A DNA stretch of 58,852 bases from Parcubacteria group bacterium GW2011_GWC2_48_17 (GTDB lineage: Bacteria; Patescibacteriota; Minisyncoccia; Phycocordibacterales; UBA10002), in the NCBI GenBank assembly GCA_001003605.1, contig LCPL01000006.1:1-58852 (forward strand), written 5' to 3'. Positions within the stretch are counted from its first letter, which is position 1. Each line of letters opens with the position of its first letter. The position numbers and the translations under genes are program-made. Below are positions 57,518 to 58,852 of this stretch, one piece after another. A model generated the notes under the pieces. It had not been told where the DNA came from. It worked only from the letters and a program-made list of their open reading frames with translations, and did no database searches.

Positions 57518-58081
57518 TTATTTACCAAGCATTTTTAAGGCGTGTTTGACCTTATCGCTAGTGCTTGCAATTTCTTTGGGAACATCACGAAGTGCTTCAC
57601 GCGCTTCGGCGTGCGAATAGCCGAGCGACTTCAGCGCCTCGAGCGCGTCAACCTCTTCTTTGAGCGTCGTGCTTTCCTGTCCTTTTCCAAGTTTTTCCTT
57701 TAATTCCAAAACAATCTTCTCCGCGGTCTTTCGGCCGATACCGGAGATTTTAGTTAAGTACGCAGTCTCGCCGGAAGTAATTGAGCGACGCAAGGTTTCT
57801 GGAGTTGCCACATTCAAGATATTGAGCGCTGTTTTCGGGCCAATGCCAGGGACTCCTAAGAGAAGCTCAAAAAGCTTCAAATCCTCTTCATCGAGAAAAC
57901 CGAACAACTCCTCGGTGTCTTCGCGCACCGCGTGATGAGTTTTTAACGTGGCGGACATGCCGGTTTTCAAACGTCGGAGCGTGTCTTCAGTAACGAATAC
58001 CCTATACCCAACCCCGCCCACGTCGACTATGATGAAGCGAACATTTTTTTCCACCACAGTTCCTGAAACATAACTTATCAT
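57518..58081 (-). CDS. ruvA: Holliday junction DNA-binding protein
   Basis: VGGVGY, LFGF, VPGIGPKTAL, GIGRKTAEKI. Confidence 0.97.
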   Translation of the reverse strand: MISYVSGTVVEKNVRFIIVDVGGVGYRVFVTEDTLRRLKTGMSATLKTHHAVREDTEELFGFLDEEDLKLFELLLGVPGIGPKTALNILNVATPETLRRSITSGETAYLTKISGIGRKTAEKIVLELKEKLGKGQESTTLKEEVDALEALKSLGYSHAEAREALRDVPKEIASTSDKVKHALKMLGK

Positions 58082-58232
58082 AGCTGTTAGTTGCTAGGTT
58101 CTAGCTTCTAGGAATAACAGAACCATTATACCTCATTTTCTTGCGTTATTTTTGCTTTCTTGTTATGGTGTTTGGGTCTTCAAGCTGACACGTTACTAAA
58201 CGCTATACGCTAATCGCTATACGCTTCTTACA

Positions 58233-58496
58233 ATGGCCATCACATCTTCAGCAAAAAAAGCTCACCGAAGCTCCGAGAGGAAGCGAGTGTTTAATCAGCG
58301 CCGAAAGCAGGCCGTTGAACAGATAGTAAAGAAAATCAAGAAACTTCTCGTAGAGAAAAAGGTGAAGGAGGCGCAGAAACTTATTCCGGAGGCCTATAAG
58401 GCTTTCGATAAAGCGTCCAAAGAGCATACAATACGGAAAGGCGCCGCTGACCGAAAAAAATCACGGCTTACTCTGCTCATTGCGCGAACCAAATAA
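58233..58496 (+). CDS. rpsT: 30S ribosomal protein S20
   Basis: SSAKKA.R...DKA...AADRKKSRL. Confidence 0.95.
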   Translation: MAITSSAKKAHRSSERKRVFNQRRKQAVEQIVKKIKKLLVEKKVKEAQKLIPEAYKAFDKASKEHTIRKGAADRKKSRLTLLIARTK

Positions 58497-58852
58497 TCAA
58501 CTGACAAATTGCACAAAAATCACCCCATGGGGTGTTTTTTGTTTCTTATGTGTTTATTAAACCATATCAGAACCTATTTTCAAAACAAATAGTCGGTACA
58601 TTCCGCAGGGCTTGCAAAGCAAGAGGGCGGAAATGTGCTACATCAAGCGAACGGCTCAAATGGGAAGAAATGAGCCGTTCAAGAAAAATGGACTCGGTTT
58701 TGCGAAACTATTTTGCGGGAGGGAGGATTCGCAAAACCGAGACTAATGTTTTTGAAATTCGGCAGGGTTTGGGTTTCCGCCCCGCAGGAGGGCGCGGGAG
58801 GAATGTGGGGCGGATTCTTTTTGGGAAAGGTTGGGAAGATTAGAAATTTCTA

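Noticed and set aside
58532-58843. 103-aa ORF at the window end
   Set aside because: No motif or good start; context truncated.

Overview
Chromosomal origin region of a small-genome bacterium, most likely Patescibacteria/Parcubacteria (inferred from gene content: truncated YebC, PolA without a recognisable 3'-5' exonuclease, a chromosomal PrgI/VirB4/VirB6/pilin cluster, LAGLIDADG next to a tRNA). It carries a T4SS-like cluster (0.6-19 kb) whose VirB4 has a 657-aa intein in Walker A, several toxin-antitoxin pairs, jag-yidC-rnpA-rpmH / dnaA-oriC-dnaN, and housekeeping genes (PBP1A, tyrS, ruvABC, yebC, pilB, tsaE, polA, holA, pyrC/pyrD, tRNA-Lys, murE, rpsT). The most striking signal is a family of 'intervening cassettes': small four-helix-bundle (IVP/Avd-like), GxxExxY and DUF559 genes, each bracketed by inverted repeat arms (mostly degenerate 7-8-nt tandem repeats). 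In four cases the base of the predicted stem places the upstream gene's stop codon within a few nt of the downstream gene's start codon. Internally deleted copies, empty hairpins, single arms before start codons and in-frame insertions inside proteins occur across the whole window. Also found: two unannotated structured ncRNA candidates (about 190 nt, 6S-like, and about 480 nt, unknown), an IS982 that rewrote the TyrS C-terminus, two MITEs with target-site duplications, a frameshifted pyrC and short unannotated ORFs. All calls are from manual reading; no database search was run.
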